From contig NW_024704749.1 in NCBI RefSeq assembly GCF_018977255.1, forward strand, positions 7,502,001 to 7,566,000: DNA of 64,000 nt. The letters run 5' to 3'. This DNA comes from Callorhinchus milii (lineage: Eukaryota). Of the stretch, positions 12,801-25,684 are shown piece after piece. Every line of letters starts with the position of its first letter. Position 1 is the first letter of the stretch. Position numbers and translations under genes: made by a program. The notes beneath the pieces are model-generated. The model worked only from the letters and a program-made list of their open reading frames with translations. It searched no databases and was not told where the DNA came from.

Positions 12801-15800
12801 GTGTAAACTTTGCACTCGTATCTCATAGCAGCATAGAATATACCCCTCCAAGGTAATGTCACACTGATGGGACTTCAGAGGCTCAGCGGTGTCAACAGAT
12901 GGTAGATCTCCAAGCCAGTTTCTTGATCATTGTATCATGTTGTACCTTCCTCCCTTCCACCCCCCTGAATTGTTTTCCTTAACAGTTTAGGACAATTGGG
13001 TATCAGCAGAAAATATAACAGCTGTAGGACACCATACAGGAGCCAGTTCATTCGTCACAGAACAGGCAGCAGAGACTGAAACTGAGGGAAATTTCAGCCT
13101 GTGGAAGTTATATTAAAAAAATCAAAATCCACATCAATGCATGGAATTCTTAGTTTGTTTTGGATACTCTTAAGCATGGGTTTCTGCACCTGGATGACTG
13201 AGAAAAAAAGATCTATAAAGATTAAACAACTCAATAAGCACTTGCTACAGGCATCATTAGTAGTGTATAGAGTTGAGGCTTCCTAGCCAGTTTACCTCGT
13301 CACCTTTGAGAACCTCTGTCCCATCGAAATCACGGGCTTGGTTCGATTTCTGTGCCAACTCTTTCTCCATGTTTAACAGCTCCTCTCTCGATTCCTGCAG
13401 CTCCTCCGCTTTGGCTTCTTTCTTACGGGAAATGATGGAGGCCTGTGTGCAAAATATATACGGTCATCGTTGGGGCCGCACAGTAAAAAGGGCCTAGTTT
13501 ACAAAACAAAATGCAGTGTTGATTTGACAGAGAGAAAAACAAAATAAAAAGCTGGTCAATAACGAACTTGGGGTGGGGATTTAAAGGCCTGTAGATTGCA
13601 GGAGAAGCGGAAGACTGAAAGACCCAAGGAGCTCCACAGTCTTCAAATATTAGGGAAGAATAGGAGATAGTTCAATGAGTCTTGCTGTTAAGATCATGCA
13701 GGTTGGATTAAGTATAAAGGATGGTATGTTTGAACCTTGGGAGGACGAGTGAAGCATGTTCAGAACAAGCAGGGAACAGCATTGAGAAACTAAAGACGTA
13801 CTGTTGCGTGCATGCCTGAGAGAAGGAAACTGGGGATCAGAGGAGAAGAAGAATCCTTTGTTATATTCTCTCCAGCGTGTGAGAGGTGCTAACCCCCCAC
13901 TCCATCACCTGGTCTTTGTAGAAGTGAAAAAAAATTAGGATTTCCATTGTACTCATTGAAATTTAACGATTCAGCCTCTGCTCTATGAGAGAAACAAAGG
14001 TCATATGTGCACATAAACTGTGGACTTGAAGGTTGACAATAAATGTGGTGTGAAACCACATAGACAGGATTTGGACGATGGGTGAACCACAAAGGAATTC
14101 ATTATCTTACATACAATACAGATGCTTACTCTGTGCATCCACACTTGATATGGGTTCAAGTGATATAAACTTCTTTGTTTCTGAGTTGGGCCAGTGCGAA
14201 GCCAAAGTACAAGACTGCTGCTGCAGTGATCTCACACACAAATTATACAGTCGATTCATTTTATGGTTATAGTCTGTGAAGCGCTTTGAGATGTCTCAAT
14301 GATGTGATAAAGTGCTGTATCAAATCCAAGGATTATTATAAAATAAATCTTTATTTGTGATAGATTGTCTATAACCTCAAGAAAGTCTCAAAACGCCTCA
14401 CAACGTTTCTGCAGTGTCTCCAATGAATGGGGAGGAACAGGCCGGAGATTCCATCCACACTTTTAAGATGTTTGAGCCCAGATGGATTCACTGGCAGAAG
14501 TTCGGCACACACACAACACACTCTGTGACCAAGGAAGGATCGAATAAAGAGCAAATGAAGAGGAAGAGACAGAGCCACACAAGCACCTGGCTGAATCCAG
14601 GCTTCGGTGTTATTTCTGGTAATGCAGAGATTCACAACATTGCCACTTGGTTAAAACTGCAACGATGACGTGAGTGCAGAGCACTATAGTAGTTCATCAA
14701 GATCATGACAACTAGGTCAATACGAGGCATCTGAAAACTAAAGAACAAACACTCCCTCTAAAGGGGCACAAAGTTCTAACCTGTTCTACTCCAAATTTGG
14801 GTGCACTCATTTCCATCTTCGCATTCGAACTTCACATGATTTTATATTTTAAACAATACTGGAAAAAAAACTAAAGATCTCAGTCTCTATCTACCACGAT
14901 GTGTGTTGCTGAATTTCTACAAGGTCATTTCCCGTTAGAGCCCAGCATTTTCAAATACATCAGTGGAGGAGAGGGAGGGGAATAGAAAAGCACACCAAAG
15001 ACTGAAATTCTTTCCAAATTGAAAGGATTGTCTGACAAACGCACAGGATCAGCGCAAAGAGTTCTGCCCAACAATCGTTTAATTCTGAACAAATCAAGCA
15101 TTGTGTATGGAAACATAAATCTCTGCAAAGTGGGCGTTAAATTGAATGAAAGATGAATTTTAAAATGTTCAATCGATTTCTGAGTTAAAAAATACAATAC
15201 TGTTTAGTATTGTTTAGTAATTACAGAAATGCAAATTTAAATACAGCTCACATGGCAATTTCACTCCAAGAGTGAGTCAGTGAAAGAAGACACAGCCTAG
15301 ATTCCTTCAAACACATTTTGCAGTGGAGTCAGGTCTCTCCTGGTTCAGTTAAAGCACTAGCCTTTTAGTACGTGAGCCTGTACTCGCCCTATTTGCCCTA
15401 GATTGCTTTGGCTGAGTTCGGGAAACCTGCTGTGATACCTATTCACTCCTTGGCACAATGGCTGCTCTGAACCTTCACCAGGTCACATGATAGTTGAAAG
15501 ATTACCGCTTTTTTGGTACAGGGCAGAGCCCATGGTGCAACCGCGTTTATATATGTACGGTGTGCACCGAAGCCACTCGGTCTGACTTCTCTACATTAAT
15601 TGAGTTCCTGCCCATGGCGTCATTTCCACTCCTCTTACCTGCTGGCGAAACAAGAAAAGCTTGTCGTCCATGGGATCTGTCCTCATCATTCTTTTCTCAA
15701 TCAACTGGTTAATCTGAGCATTGATCTCCTGGATCTGAAAACAAAATGGCAACAAGTAGTTTTTTTAAAAAAGGAACACTGCAGCGCCAACAAGTTTTAA

Positions 15801-18800
15801 AACAAAGAGGAATCATCCAATTGACGAGCAATTGGATGAAAACAATGTTAGGATCAACTTGTTAGGGGACTCCCCCTTCAAGAGGAACCCACAACCTTCT
15901 GCTACCACTGAGCCAGGCTGACATTGATCTGTCAAATAGATATTATAGTTTCCTTGCAACATTCTCGAAGGTGCAGGTCCGCCCGATGCCTGTTGGAGCA
16001 AATGTTGTTGCTTTCGGCTGGAAAAACATCGCACCGTCACTCCACGTGACTCCAATTACCTTTGAAGTGTCCAGAGATGTTCCGATTTGATAAGGCACTA
16101 CAAAAGTGCAAGCTTTATCTTTTCCCAAAGAAAGAATTTGCCATACCGAAAAACTGTGCCTGTTTCTTTGTGGCGAGTCTGTACATGCTAATTACAGCCT
16201 CAGCATTCTTGCTGTCTGGTTAAGTGCCATCCAGGTCATTGTGGAAACAATTCATTACCTTGCCTTGGTTTAATTTCATGCTATTCTCGTCTGTTTTCGG
16301 CCTTTTGCCTCAATTGGCATTTCATACTGCTACTGGGCCAAGTCCTCCCCCCACCCCCCGAACAATAACACTGGCCTCAATGGACTGATATGCTCAAAAA
16401 ATGAGGCCAACCATGGAATAATCAGCTTAAAGACTGAGCAGTAAGATGTTGCAACAATAACAACTTGCATTTATATCACGCCCCTCACACAGGGTAGCGT
16501 CTCAGAGCGCTTGACAGTGGCAGAGCTGGAGGGAAGGGGGAGGTTACCGTGAGCACGATCAAAGAAGAAGGTCTTCAGCAGCAAAAGTGCATTGGATGCA
16601 TCTAATTTGGCGAAAGTTTTACTTCTAGCAAACTTCTCAAGCAGGTTTGTTGCAGTGTATTCCCTGGGCATTGCCTGGTTCAGGTAATGTGGATCAATCT
16701 GCACGCAGTCTCTTTCATCTGGTTTGTGCAAGGCCATGAGGGAGCTGGCCTATTTCATGGGCTATTGTACCAATTTGATGCAGTGAGTTTTGGTTTATCT
16801 GTCAGGGTAAGTGGTAACTTTCTTACAAACGGTTCAACGACAGGACTGTAGGATGTCTGATAATAACATGTTGTACTCCAGGCACTAATTCTGCAGAAAC
16901 AAATCACTGCATCCATACAAGAACCTCCACCCAAGATTCTCTCTACCATTCTTTCACCATGTATGCGGTTGAGAGAACACAAATGGTGTATTCGTATTTC
17001 TGTAAACACAAGCAAGAATAATAATCTTTGTATTTGATATATTGCCCATCGTGGGACATAACCAGACTGTGCCTTCAGCTGAATTAACGTGTGTCTCAAC
17101 TTGGGTTTCATCTGATAGTCCTCTTCGACGTGAATTGTACCATCTCAGTATTTCCTCCTACTGAAGTATGCCAGTTCAACCAAGGCTACAATCTGTGTTT
17201 TGCACTGGCTCCAACTAATAACAACATGCACATAGTGCAGCTCTTCAGAAGCCTCATTGCTTTGAGTCTGTTTAGTAAGAACCAGGGAGGTGGGGGTGGT
17301 TCACCTTGTGCTGGGCAAGAACCCATACAATGGGTCAAATAGCCTCTTATTTCTAGGGGCTAATGGTGGTCCTCACCTGATTTACTGGTGAAGATTTTGC
17401 CGATTTTCGCGAGAACATGACCAGCAATACCCAAAAAAAACTACGAACACCTCAATCCATGAGCTTCAATTGTCACATTGGTACCAATGGGAAAATATCC
17501 CAATGATTACCAAACGGGAGTCTAACAAACACCTCTTCACCTGATCCCTTGTACGGCAATATTTTAATCAACTGTTTATACGTTTCCTGCGCTCCCTTGC
17601 GCGTTTGCATAAATCTTTATTCTGAATGCAGTATATACCATTGTTTTGCCACTGTACCTTGGTTTCAAGTTCGTTCAGGTCAGAATGTCCCATCGCGGGC
17701 TCCGCCACCACTTTCTGTAAGTACTGTACATTTTTCTTCTTACTCTCCAGCTCCTTAGGAAGTTTGTCCGTCACCATGTAGGTGTTGAACTTGATCTCCT
17801 CTTCCAGTCTCTTCACCAAACCTGAAAGACAATCAGTAACACCGCTGAGAACCAAATACATTTCCATCTCAAACAAGACAGAACTTTAAACAATAAACAT
17901 AACCTTATATATACTAAACTTCTGCTCAGTGTTGTGAGGGGTTGCGGAGTTGAAATCTTGACCGGCTGCTCGTGGGACACTGACTATATTTAAATCTACC
18001 AGGCATGTGGAAAGAGGTTAATAATTCTCAATCAGGCTCCTAGGTAGGTCACCTCAGTGTGTGAAAGAACAAAACGGAGGTGATTGAACTCCCTCGCTCA
18101 CCATGAAGCAAGTGTGCCTTCTGCTGGCTAAGCACAGAGCATCACTGACGTGAGGAGCTGCTGTATTGATAGCAAACTGGGATCTCTGTATCTGTTTGGA
18201 GGCGAGAGGGCAAACAAACAGGACAAGAAGAGGGAAGGGGAGAACAGTGATTAGCTTATAAATAGAAAGTGTTATTATGTGCGGCAGGAACTCAAGAGAA
18301 AATAATCAATTATAGACTGTGAACTTTCTATGGCGCTTTTTATTTCACGAGACTATCAGATTTTACACCTGATTCTGGCAGCAAATGTAAAAGGGAATTA
18401 GATTGTTATGTAGCAATGAAACGAATCGAGGGACACGGGAGATAGACGAATGCAAGACTTATCAACTTGGCTATGGCCAGATGGACTGCAATGGTCTTTT
18501 CTGACCATGTACATTCCCGGGCTGGGGGCTGGGAGGGAGAGTGGTGGGGTAAGATGAGGGGGTTTATAAACCAAAAAGCTAAAAGAATAAACGTGCAAGG
18601 AGTCAAACAAATGGTATGAAGAGAATTGCAGTTCATTACTTCAGCATCACACAATGGCTTACTTACTGTAAGCAATGTCGCTAAGCAATCAAGCTTGGCT
18701 CGGCTTGATGTGACAAGAAAGAAACCCAACAGTCTTAAAATAGCAGCTCAGATGGTCAAAAGGTCATATATGCACAAGTGCACAAGATGGATTAAACATT

Positions 18801-21800
18801 CTAATTTTGAACTGTTCCTCCCCCCCGCTCCCCATCAAAACTAACAAACACCTCTTCACCTGCTCCCTTCCTATTTCAGCATTAGCATCACATAGTAAAA
18901 CACTGAGAAACATTCATTGCTCCAGCTCTGCCCCCAACCTCTCAACATCCCTCCCACAGTACCAGCAAGGCATTCAGTTTCGCCTACCAGGTAACCTCCC
19001 ACATCTCGATAGCCAGCTTTGTGCCCTGAACCCATCTACACCCACACAATATGTAATAATAATCCTTGCATTTGATGTAGTGCCTTATCATGTCTTCGAG
19101 ACATCTCAAAGGGCTTCACGGAATATACTGTAAAGTGAATTGACTGTGTATTTTGTGGCTAAAATAAATAGGTTGACTCTACCCAATCTCATGTCACAAG
19201 TATTTTTAAGAGCTGGTGCTCGGCACTTCAGTGGAACCAAGATCAGAGATAAAAAGCATAGCTTGCCACTATTCCCTCCACCTCTCAATTCCTCTTCCAG
19301 AACAGCATACTTCACTGTCCAAAACAAAACAGTACATAGTTATACAAAAAAGGGAGGGATTTTCTCAGATAAAGTTAACCAGATGAGTTTTTTTTATGTC
19401 CTCGGCTCCATTCTGGGAACAATTAACTTTCCATTACACTTTGAGATTCTGTTAATTATACTGTCAAGATGTTTTGCCACCGGGCAGAAATGTTAGGAGA
19501 GAATAACACTGAACAGTACTTGGGAGAGACAGTGAGCCAGGAATCTGGCACTTAGTAAACTGATTTTTTAATGTTCAGTAGAATCTTTCTGGCAAAACAT
19601 ATTTCAACCAGTAAATTTACCCATCGTTACAGTTCAGCTTCTGTCCTTATTCACTCTAATGTCCTGTTGAAATGATATGTAAGCTTGTCGGGCATTCTTG
19701 CAGAATATGACACATAGGCTGCGAAGGTACATGACCCTAGGATATCAGTGGAGAGCAGTATCAGTGGATACCTAGGATATCAGTGGGATCATGCATGTAT
19801 GGGATATGCATATTTGGGACCTGGCTGTTTGCAAAATGGCTGCCACGTCTGCCAATAAATGTCACATTTCACAGCAATTCCCTGTAAATTGGTTTGAGTT
19901 ATATTAAATGCAAGGATTACCGTATTATTAAAACTGGATTGTAATTCATTTTTTAGATTACTGAAACGTAACCAGGAGCTGGCTGGTGTGATTTACAGAG
20001 CAACACATCTGGAGAACACGATCTTAAAAGTTATTTACGACTTCCAACTACAACAGTGTGGCTAAGTTTCAATCACACTCCCATTCTTATGGGTTTTACT
20101 TGCTTCCTATGGTATTTGTATCTTATCCATCCAATCTCAAACAACCAGCTCATACAAGAGAACAGAACTTAGAGGAATCACATCCATAGCAATAGTGATG
20201 TGATGGAGCAAGACGAGAAACATTAATAATAATAATAGCATTTGATATAACAACAACAACTTGGATTTATATAGAGTCCTCCACGCTGGACGGCGTCTCA
20301 GAGCACTTCACAGTAACGGATCCCGAGACCGAGCCAGGGGGATGGGGAGGAAGGTGACCATAGTGGCTGAAGGCACGGCTGCCGAGGGTGGAGCGGAGTA
20401 CCCAGGGGACGAGGAGGCCAGACCCGGAGGAACGAAGGCAACGAGTACTGTTTTGAGGAGAGAGGAGGTCAGAGAGGTAGGGGGGTGCAGAGGAGTGCAG
20501 GGACTTGAATACAAGGGTATTTAATAAATAAATTCAGTCCAGTCTACTACGACTCATGCTGGAGAAGCCTCTGTACACGGCAGCTCTTTATCTCTCTAAT
20601 CACATTCCCCCACCTCTACATAGGTCTCTGCCCTTGATCTGGGCTACCCTTGAGGACATGGGATAAAAGTAAAGTACCTCATCGACCTTGCCATTCTGTT
20701 CACTAATACACCAGTATCAATAAATCTATCCGCCCCTCTGGATTAGTCAAGCATTCATGAGATATATAGAGCATTTGTATACATCCCAGTAAATATTTCG
20801 TTGTCATGGAAAATTCCAATATCTTGGTTGCCGATTCTTTTACACAAACCCTGAAGAATAATATTGTGAAACAAACCAAAATGGCCACAGGCTGGAACAA
20901 TGCCTTGCCCTTTAATTAGATGCCAGAATTCATGATTTTGCATCTTCTATACTATAAATGAACAGCATGAATACACCTTGCTGCCATTGCCGGCTCTACT
21001 GAACATGTTGACCTTACAAACGGCTGGACAAACTTTAGATGTCACTGCCTTCAGCAAGACAAAAAAACAAATGAGGGTAAAATGGTTTCAAGAATGTGGC
21101 GCAAAACAGTTTTATTGCTTTAGAAAGGCAAACAGATAAATTATAGTTATAATCGTGATACTCAAGACCTTTCTACAGTTGGCATGGACACAAGCTACTC
21201 CAGGGTTATTAACAGAGTCCTGTTTAGACTGGGGTGCGCACAAACACAGCAGAAATTAAATCATCCACATTACACAGCGTTCTCTGGCAGCCCACAACTG
21301 TGGAAACCATCAGGCCCAGCATACCTGCGTTTGCTACTTGGGGCCAGGAACAAGAAGGCACAAGGGTTCGCTCGTAAAACACGAGGCGGCAGAGGAACAC
21401 ACACACAGGTAGCTGCCCGCAAATAGCTCAAAGTGTTGGAAAATAGTTTAATGATCGGCATTTTTAAACCATTTTGGGTATGCATCTCAGAATCGCACTT
21501 TTTCACCATTCACCATTCTGGCACAATTGCTGCCCCCACCACATACACAAATCTCTGCTATCTCCGACTTCGAAGCTTTGCACAACACTCACTCTCAGGT
21601 TTGGCGTCTGCTGAAGCCTGCCGAAGGTCCTTCAGCTGCTGCTGAGCTCTCTGTAGCCTTTGCTCCGCATGGAATAACTATGGAGAAACAGGAAACACAA
21701 GGAATCACTGCTGAAACGCTCCTCACTGTTTCAACCACTAAAGACCAGGCCACCTTGCTGCCATTGCCGGCTCAACGCTGTGCCGAGCGCAGGGTCTCTC

Positions 21801-24800
21801 ACGGGACTTGGCTTGGTAACAAGAGTGAGTTGGTGTATGCCAAGGTAGGAAGTTGGGTTGTAGTCAAAGAATGAAAAGAATCTCAAGAGAGACAAGATAA
21901 AGAAGGCTACAACCTAATCTGATCTCATCTTCCCACAACGACCACCCATTCAGCGCTCCCTTTGCAGCATCTGTCTGTTTCTTAAACAAGTCCCAGTATC
22001 CTGCCATCTTCCTACCTTCCTTTGTGGAAAAAAAACCTAGCCTCCCTGCTCTCCACCCCTCCTGATCCCAAACCCCAGCTTGAGTCCAAATTCTGACTGT
22101 CCAGCCCCTTGGGACATTCTCCAATGTGAAAGGCACTATACAAATGTAATTTGTCGTTGTTTGCTGTGGTTGTCAAAAAAACATCCTTCCCTGTTCCTGC
22201 CCTAAACTTTCTCTTTAGGGCAGGCATAGGGAAGTACGCTATAATGGAAGTCGCAGCTACAAACCTGTGCCTACTTGTCCTGTATCTTGGGATATCTAAA
22301 AGTCAATCACTGCCTGGACTTTCAACCGAAGAATGGAATATGGAAAAACAGCAGCTGTCTGTGTAGCTGACTTTAGTAAAACTCTGCACTTGAGTGGTGA
22401 ATATTGGCAATAAAATGTATACTCTTCCATACAAAACCATCCACCCACATAAACTGCCCCCATACAGGGTGCAGAGGATGAAACTGGCAATACAGTACCT
22501 GATTCTTCTGCTCCTGCTTTTGCTGTGCTAAAGATTCTTCTCTCTCCTTCTCCACACGGAGCTGTCTTGCCATCTCCAGCATTCGCTGGTGATTTGATAC
22601 CGTGTCGACCTAGTGCAAACATGTTATACCAGCTATTTACAATCAGAGCGTCTCAAGGAAATCTCCCCAAGCTCGTATTTCACACAAGTCAAAGAACACT
22701 TCCTTTTCCCATCAATGATTATCTGCAGATGACACCATGGAATTCATACCAGATACATCCAACATACACACATGTGGTGTGAGTAACTCCTTGTAGGTGT
22801 TGGCATCTCTCCTAGCACGTCTCCTTTTACTCAAATGTGTTACTTAATCCCTTTCTTAAGCAAACCACATGCCTCCCCTAAACTATATGCATTACGACTA
22901 GGCGTTTGGAGACTGGAAACTTGTCTGTATAACACAAGTGGAGTTCTGTAGCGCAGTGCTTAGAGCACTCACTTTGCAAGCGAGAGACCTGGGTTTGATT
23001 CCCGGCAGGGCAAACCTTGGGCAAGTTTCCTTACTCCACACGCCTGATAATAATCCCTCAAGAAAATAAACAATAATAAATTGGTCACTTCAATCACGAC
23101 TGTTTGTGGGACACTGCTGTGTGCAATTGGTTGCCCCATTTCGCGCATAAATATACAGTTAATTCACTTTACAGTCTATTCTGTGAAGCGCATTGAGACG
23201 TCTAGAAGACGTGAAAAGCACTATATCAAATGCAAGGATTATTATTATTATAAATGGATTGTACCCTTTTCTTCAGACGCTCCACCCGCTTAATGAGCTG
23301 ATCCTTCTCTTCCTCCATTGCATTGATGTCCTGCAAACAAGAGACCAAAACATTTTGCAGATCATCGCATATTGTGCATGTGCAATCTTCGCACAAAGGC
23401 TTCTGTAGCTGAAGCCAACTTTACAGTACAGACAGATTTGTGGAAAGTGCACTTCTGTAAGCAAGTTAGATGGAATCTACAACTTTATCCTGCTCCACTA
23501 ATGTAGGTGTAATAAAGCCACCAAATGAATTGCAAGTCTTTGTGTCTTTGGGATTTCCCTTGTCTCTTCCCCCCCAAACCCACACACTCACCCATGCACA
23601 CACAAAAGCAGACACACTCTTACCCGTCTGATTTCAGCTGTGGAAAACCCAGAGTTCTTCAGCTGCTCACACTCCTTGTGTAGGTTTTTGAACCCTTCAA
23701 CCAGCTCTTCGTACTACAAACAGAGATTGGAATCAGGCTCAGCTCAGTGCTTGGCAGATTTGGGTTTGAGTTAAATCTCCCACAAACCAGATTTCAGACC
23801 CATTGGAAAAAAAGCTATTACTAAGCTCTAATAACAACAAGGGCTATATGACAACTAGTTATATCAAAATACTCAAAACTATCACCAGAGGAAACTATTC
23901 TTAACTAGACACATACACTGAAAGCGATCGTCCACAGTACATGATAGAATAAAAGTGAACAGAGTGAAGTGTGTAATAAAAGTGTTGCTACTGAACCTGT
24001 TGATAAGTATCTGCTACCACATCATCCTGCAGAAACTCAGTGGGGACCTCAAGCTTGACCAGGAAGCGGGCCAGGTATGCTCTCTTCTTCAGCTCAACAG
24101 TCCGCTGCAGCAGCCAGTGGAGAATAGGGTGGATTACTGGTTTACTTCCCGTGACCAGGCCCTGTCGAAACACACTCCTAGGGAGGATGGGGGGGGAGGA
24201 AGGGGAGAGTAAGGGGAGAATAAGAGAGGAGAGAATGCACGTGTGAAAAAAACTGCAGAGCATGGCATCGGAAAGAAAAAATATTCTAAAAAAAAGGAAT
24301 AAACTGGAAAGTTACACGGAAAGCGGGGCTGAGGGACTGATGTGTTACATACATGTCCGATGCATTCCCGGGCGGTTTGTACTTCAGGATTCCAAGGAGG
24401 CTAAACATTCTTTTTGCCGTCTGATCTGGTGCCTCCTCACGGATGTCTATATTGTGCTGTGGAAAAAGAGAAGACGCCACTCAGCTTCCATGGGACAACG
24501 ACATTTAGGAGTGAAATCAGGAAGTGTGTTTTCACGCAAAGTGTAGTAGAAATCTGGAACTCTCTCCCTCCCCCAAAAGACTGTGGATGCTGGATCCACT
24601 CAAATTTTTAAGACTGAGGTGGATAGATGTTTGTTAGGTCAAGGTATCAAGGGATATGGGGCAAAGGTGGGTAAATGGAGTTGAGGTACAGATCAGCCAT
24701 GATGTAATAGAATAGCGCTTTGAAGCGCTCTGAGATGCCGTCTGGCTTGGAGGGTGCTATATATAAATCCAAGTTGTTGTTGTTGCTAGAATGGTGGAAC

Positions 24801-25158
24801 AGGCTTGAGGGGCTGAATGGCCTACTCCTGTTCCTATGTTTTTATGTAACAAGCAGAAGTTGTTACCTGAGAGACTTGGTTCGGATGAAGCCCAGATTTT
24901 TTAACAACCCAGACAGCTTTTGGTGACTAACACTCACTACAATTTAGCATCAATAAACTGTTAAGATCCCATGACCTTAGCACTTATCTTATGATAGCGC
25001 AGGCCATCGCATACCTTTGGGTCAATCTCGGCCAGGACCTCATTGAGCACTTGCAGCAACTGTAGTGGCTCCAAAGAGTCAAAGGTGATGAGGTTGAAAC
25101 TCTTCTTAAAGGGTTCCTTATTGAGTTGCTCAACAATGAACTTGATCTGGTCACTCAT
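801..25158 (-). CDS. IFT81: Intraflagellar transport protein 81, 3'-partial; join(25015-25158,24353-24456,23997-24177,23624-23713,23265-23330,22499-22609,21593-21677,17658-17821,15639-15734,13296-13442,5633-5782,3516-3644,1465-1554,801-887), 548 codons in window
   Basis: Translation [31 protein letters not shown]...[11 protein letters not shown] is recognisably IFT81; all 14 exons have GT/AG boundaries and the frame stays open across every junction; remaining C-terminal exons lie left of the window. Confidence 0.97.
1465..1554 (-). CDS. IFT81: IFT81 coding exon 13 ([30 protein letters not shown])
   Basis: ccgcag acceptor, CAG|gtgggt donor, 90 nt. Confidence 0.95.
3516..3644 (-). CDS. IFT81: IFT81 coding exon 12 ([43 protein letters not shown])
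   Basis: ctgcag acceptor, ATG|gtgatc donor, 129 nt. Confidence 0.95.
3686..4052 (+). mobile_element. tRNA-derived SINE, full length
   Basis: GGAGT head with Pol III A-box and GGTTTGATTCC B-box, shared body (GGCAAGTTTCCTTACTCCACA), 3' stem-loop and (ATT)n tail; same family recurs throughout the window. Confidence 0.85.
4440..5075 (+). ncRNA. Candidate structured non-coding RNA antisense to IFT81 (family unknown)
   Basis: Multiple helices including a 22-bp stem with a 17-bp perfect core; non-Watson-Crick positions are mostly G:U on the plus strand; no match recognised to known RNA families. Confidence 0.35.
5633..5782 (-). CDS. IFT81: IFT81 coding exon 11 ([50 protein letters not shown])
   Basis: cccag acceptor, gtaaca donor, 150 nt. 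Confidence 0.95.
6941..7282 (-). mobile_element. tRNA-derived SINE, full length
   Basis: Reverse-complement copy of the same family. Confidence 0.85.
13296..13442 (-). CDS. IFT81: IFT81 coding exon 10 ([17 protein letters not shown]...VLKGDE)
   Basis: cacag acceptor, GAG|gtaaac donor, 147 nt. Confidence 0.95.
15639..15734 (-). CDS. IFT81: IFT81 coding exon 9 ([32 protein letters not shown])
   Basis: tttcag acceptor, CAG|gtaaga donor, 96 nt. Confidence 0.95.
17658..17821 (-). CDS. IFT81: IFT81 coding exon 8 ([25 protein letters not shown]...ELETK)
   Basis: tttcag acceptor, AAG|gtacag donor, 164 nt. Confidence 0.95.
20250..20515 (-). mobile_element. L2-like LINE 3' fragment
   Basis: (GTT)n tail and 3' end resembling the 50160 element, followed by purine-rich L2-like sequence. 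Confidence 0.6.
21593..21677 (-). CDS. IFT81: IFT81 coding exon 7 ([28 protein letters not shown])
   Basis: ccatag acceptor, gtgagt donor, 85 nt. Confidence 0.95.
22499..22609 (-). CDS. IFT81: IFT81 coding exon 6 ([37 protein letters not shown])
   Basis: cactag acceptor, CAG|gtactg donor, 111 nt. Confidence 0.95.
22940..23251 (+). mobile_element. tRNA-derived SINE
   Basis: A/B boxes, body, GCAAGGATTATTATT tail. Confidence 0.85.
23265..23330 (-). CDS. IFT81: IFT81 coding exon 5 ([22 protein letters not shown])
   Basis: ttgcag acceptor, gtacaa donor, 66 nt. Confidence 0.94.
23624..23713 (-). CDS. IFT81: IFT81 coding exon 4 ([30 protein letters not shown])
   Basis: tgtag acceptor, gtaaga donor, 90 nt. 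Confidence 0.95.
23997..24177 (-). CDS. IFT81: IFT81 coding exon 3 ([23 protein letters not shown]...DTYQQ)
   Basis: cctag acceptor, CAG|gttcag donor, 181 nt. Confidence 0.95.
24353..24456 (-). CDS. IFT81: IFT81 coding exon 2 ([34 protein letters not shown])
   Basis: cacag acceptor, gtatgt donor, 104 nt, phase consistent. Confidence 0.95.
24495..24840 (+). mobile_element. CR1-like LINE 3' end with a nested short L2 end
   Basis: GTAGAAATCTGGAACTCTCTCCC...GAGGTACAGATCAGCCATG...GGGGCTGAATGGCCTACTCCTGTTCCT; related copies at about 11520-11600 (-), 27345-27420 and 30320-30975. Confidence 0.75.
25015..25158 (-). CDS. IFT81: IFT81 coding exon 1 (MSDQIKF...EIDPK); exon starts at 25164
   Basis: tttcag acceptor at 25165-25166, ATG at 25158, AAG|gtatgc donor; 144 nt. 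Confidence 0.95.
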
Positions 25159-25684
25159 TTTGTTCTGAAAACAGAGTTTCAAAAAAGGCTTTTTAATACT
25201 AATTCACGTAAAAAAAGAATCATCTCAAAGTGATATAAGACTGATTTGGATGAAGCACAACACTCCAGATTAACAACCCAGCCAGATTTTGGTAACACTC
25301 ACAAAAATTTAGCAAAAATAATAATAATAATTTGGTCACTCAATCCATGACTGTTTGTGGGACACTGCTGTGCGCAATTGGCTGCCGCGTTTCGTCCACA
25401 ATCAATTTGCTTCACAGTATATTTTGTGAAGCGCTTTGAGACGTCTCAACGACGTCTATACCGAGGTGCTATATCGAGTGCAAGGATTATTATAATATTA
25501 AACACAAACTGGAAATGGCGAAACATTTTCTCAGCCCGACAATCAACATTAGGAATTACGATGGGAGAGAGAGAGAAAGAGAGCGAGAGGCAAGACAATT
25601 TAAAGCAAATAAAAATGAATTGCCTAACGGGCAAATCAAGACCCGAGTTGCGCGCCATCGGCTGCCGCCCCAGATCGCTTCACG

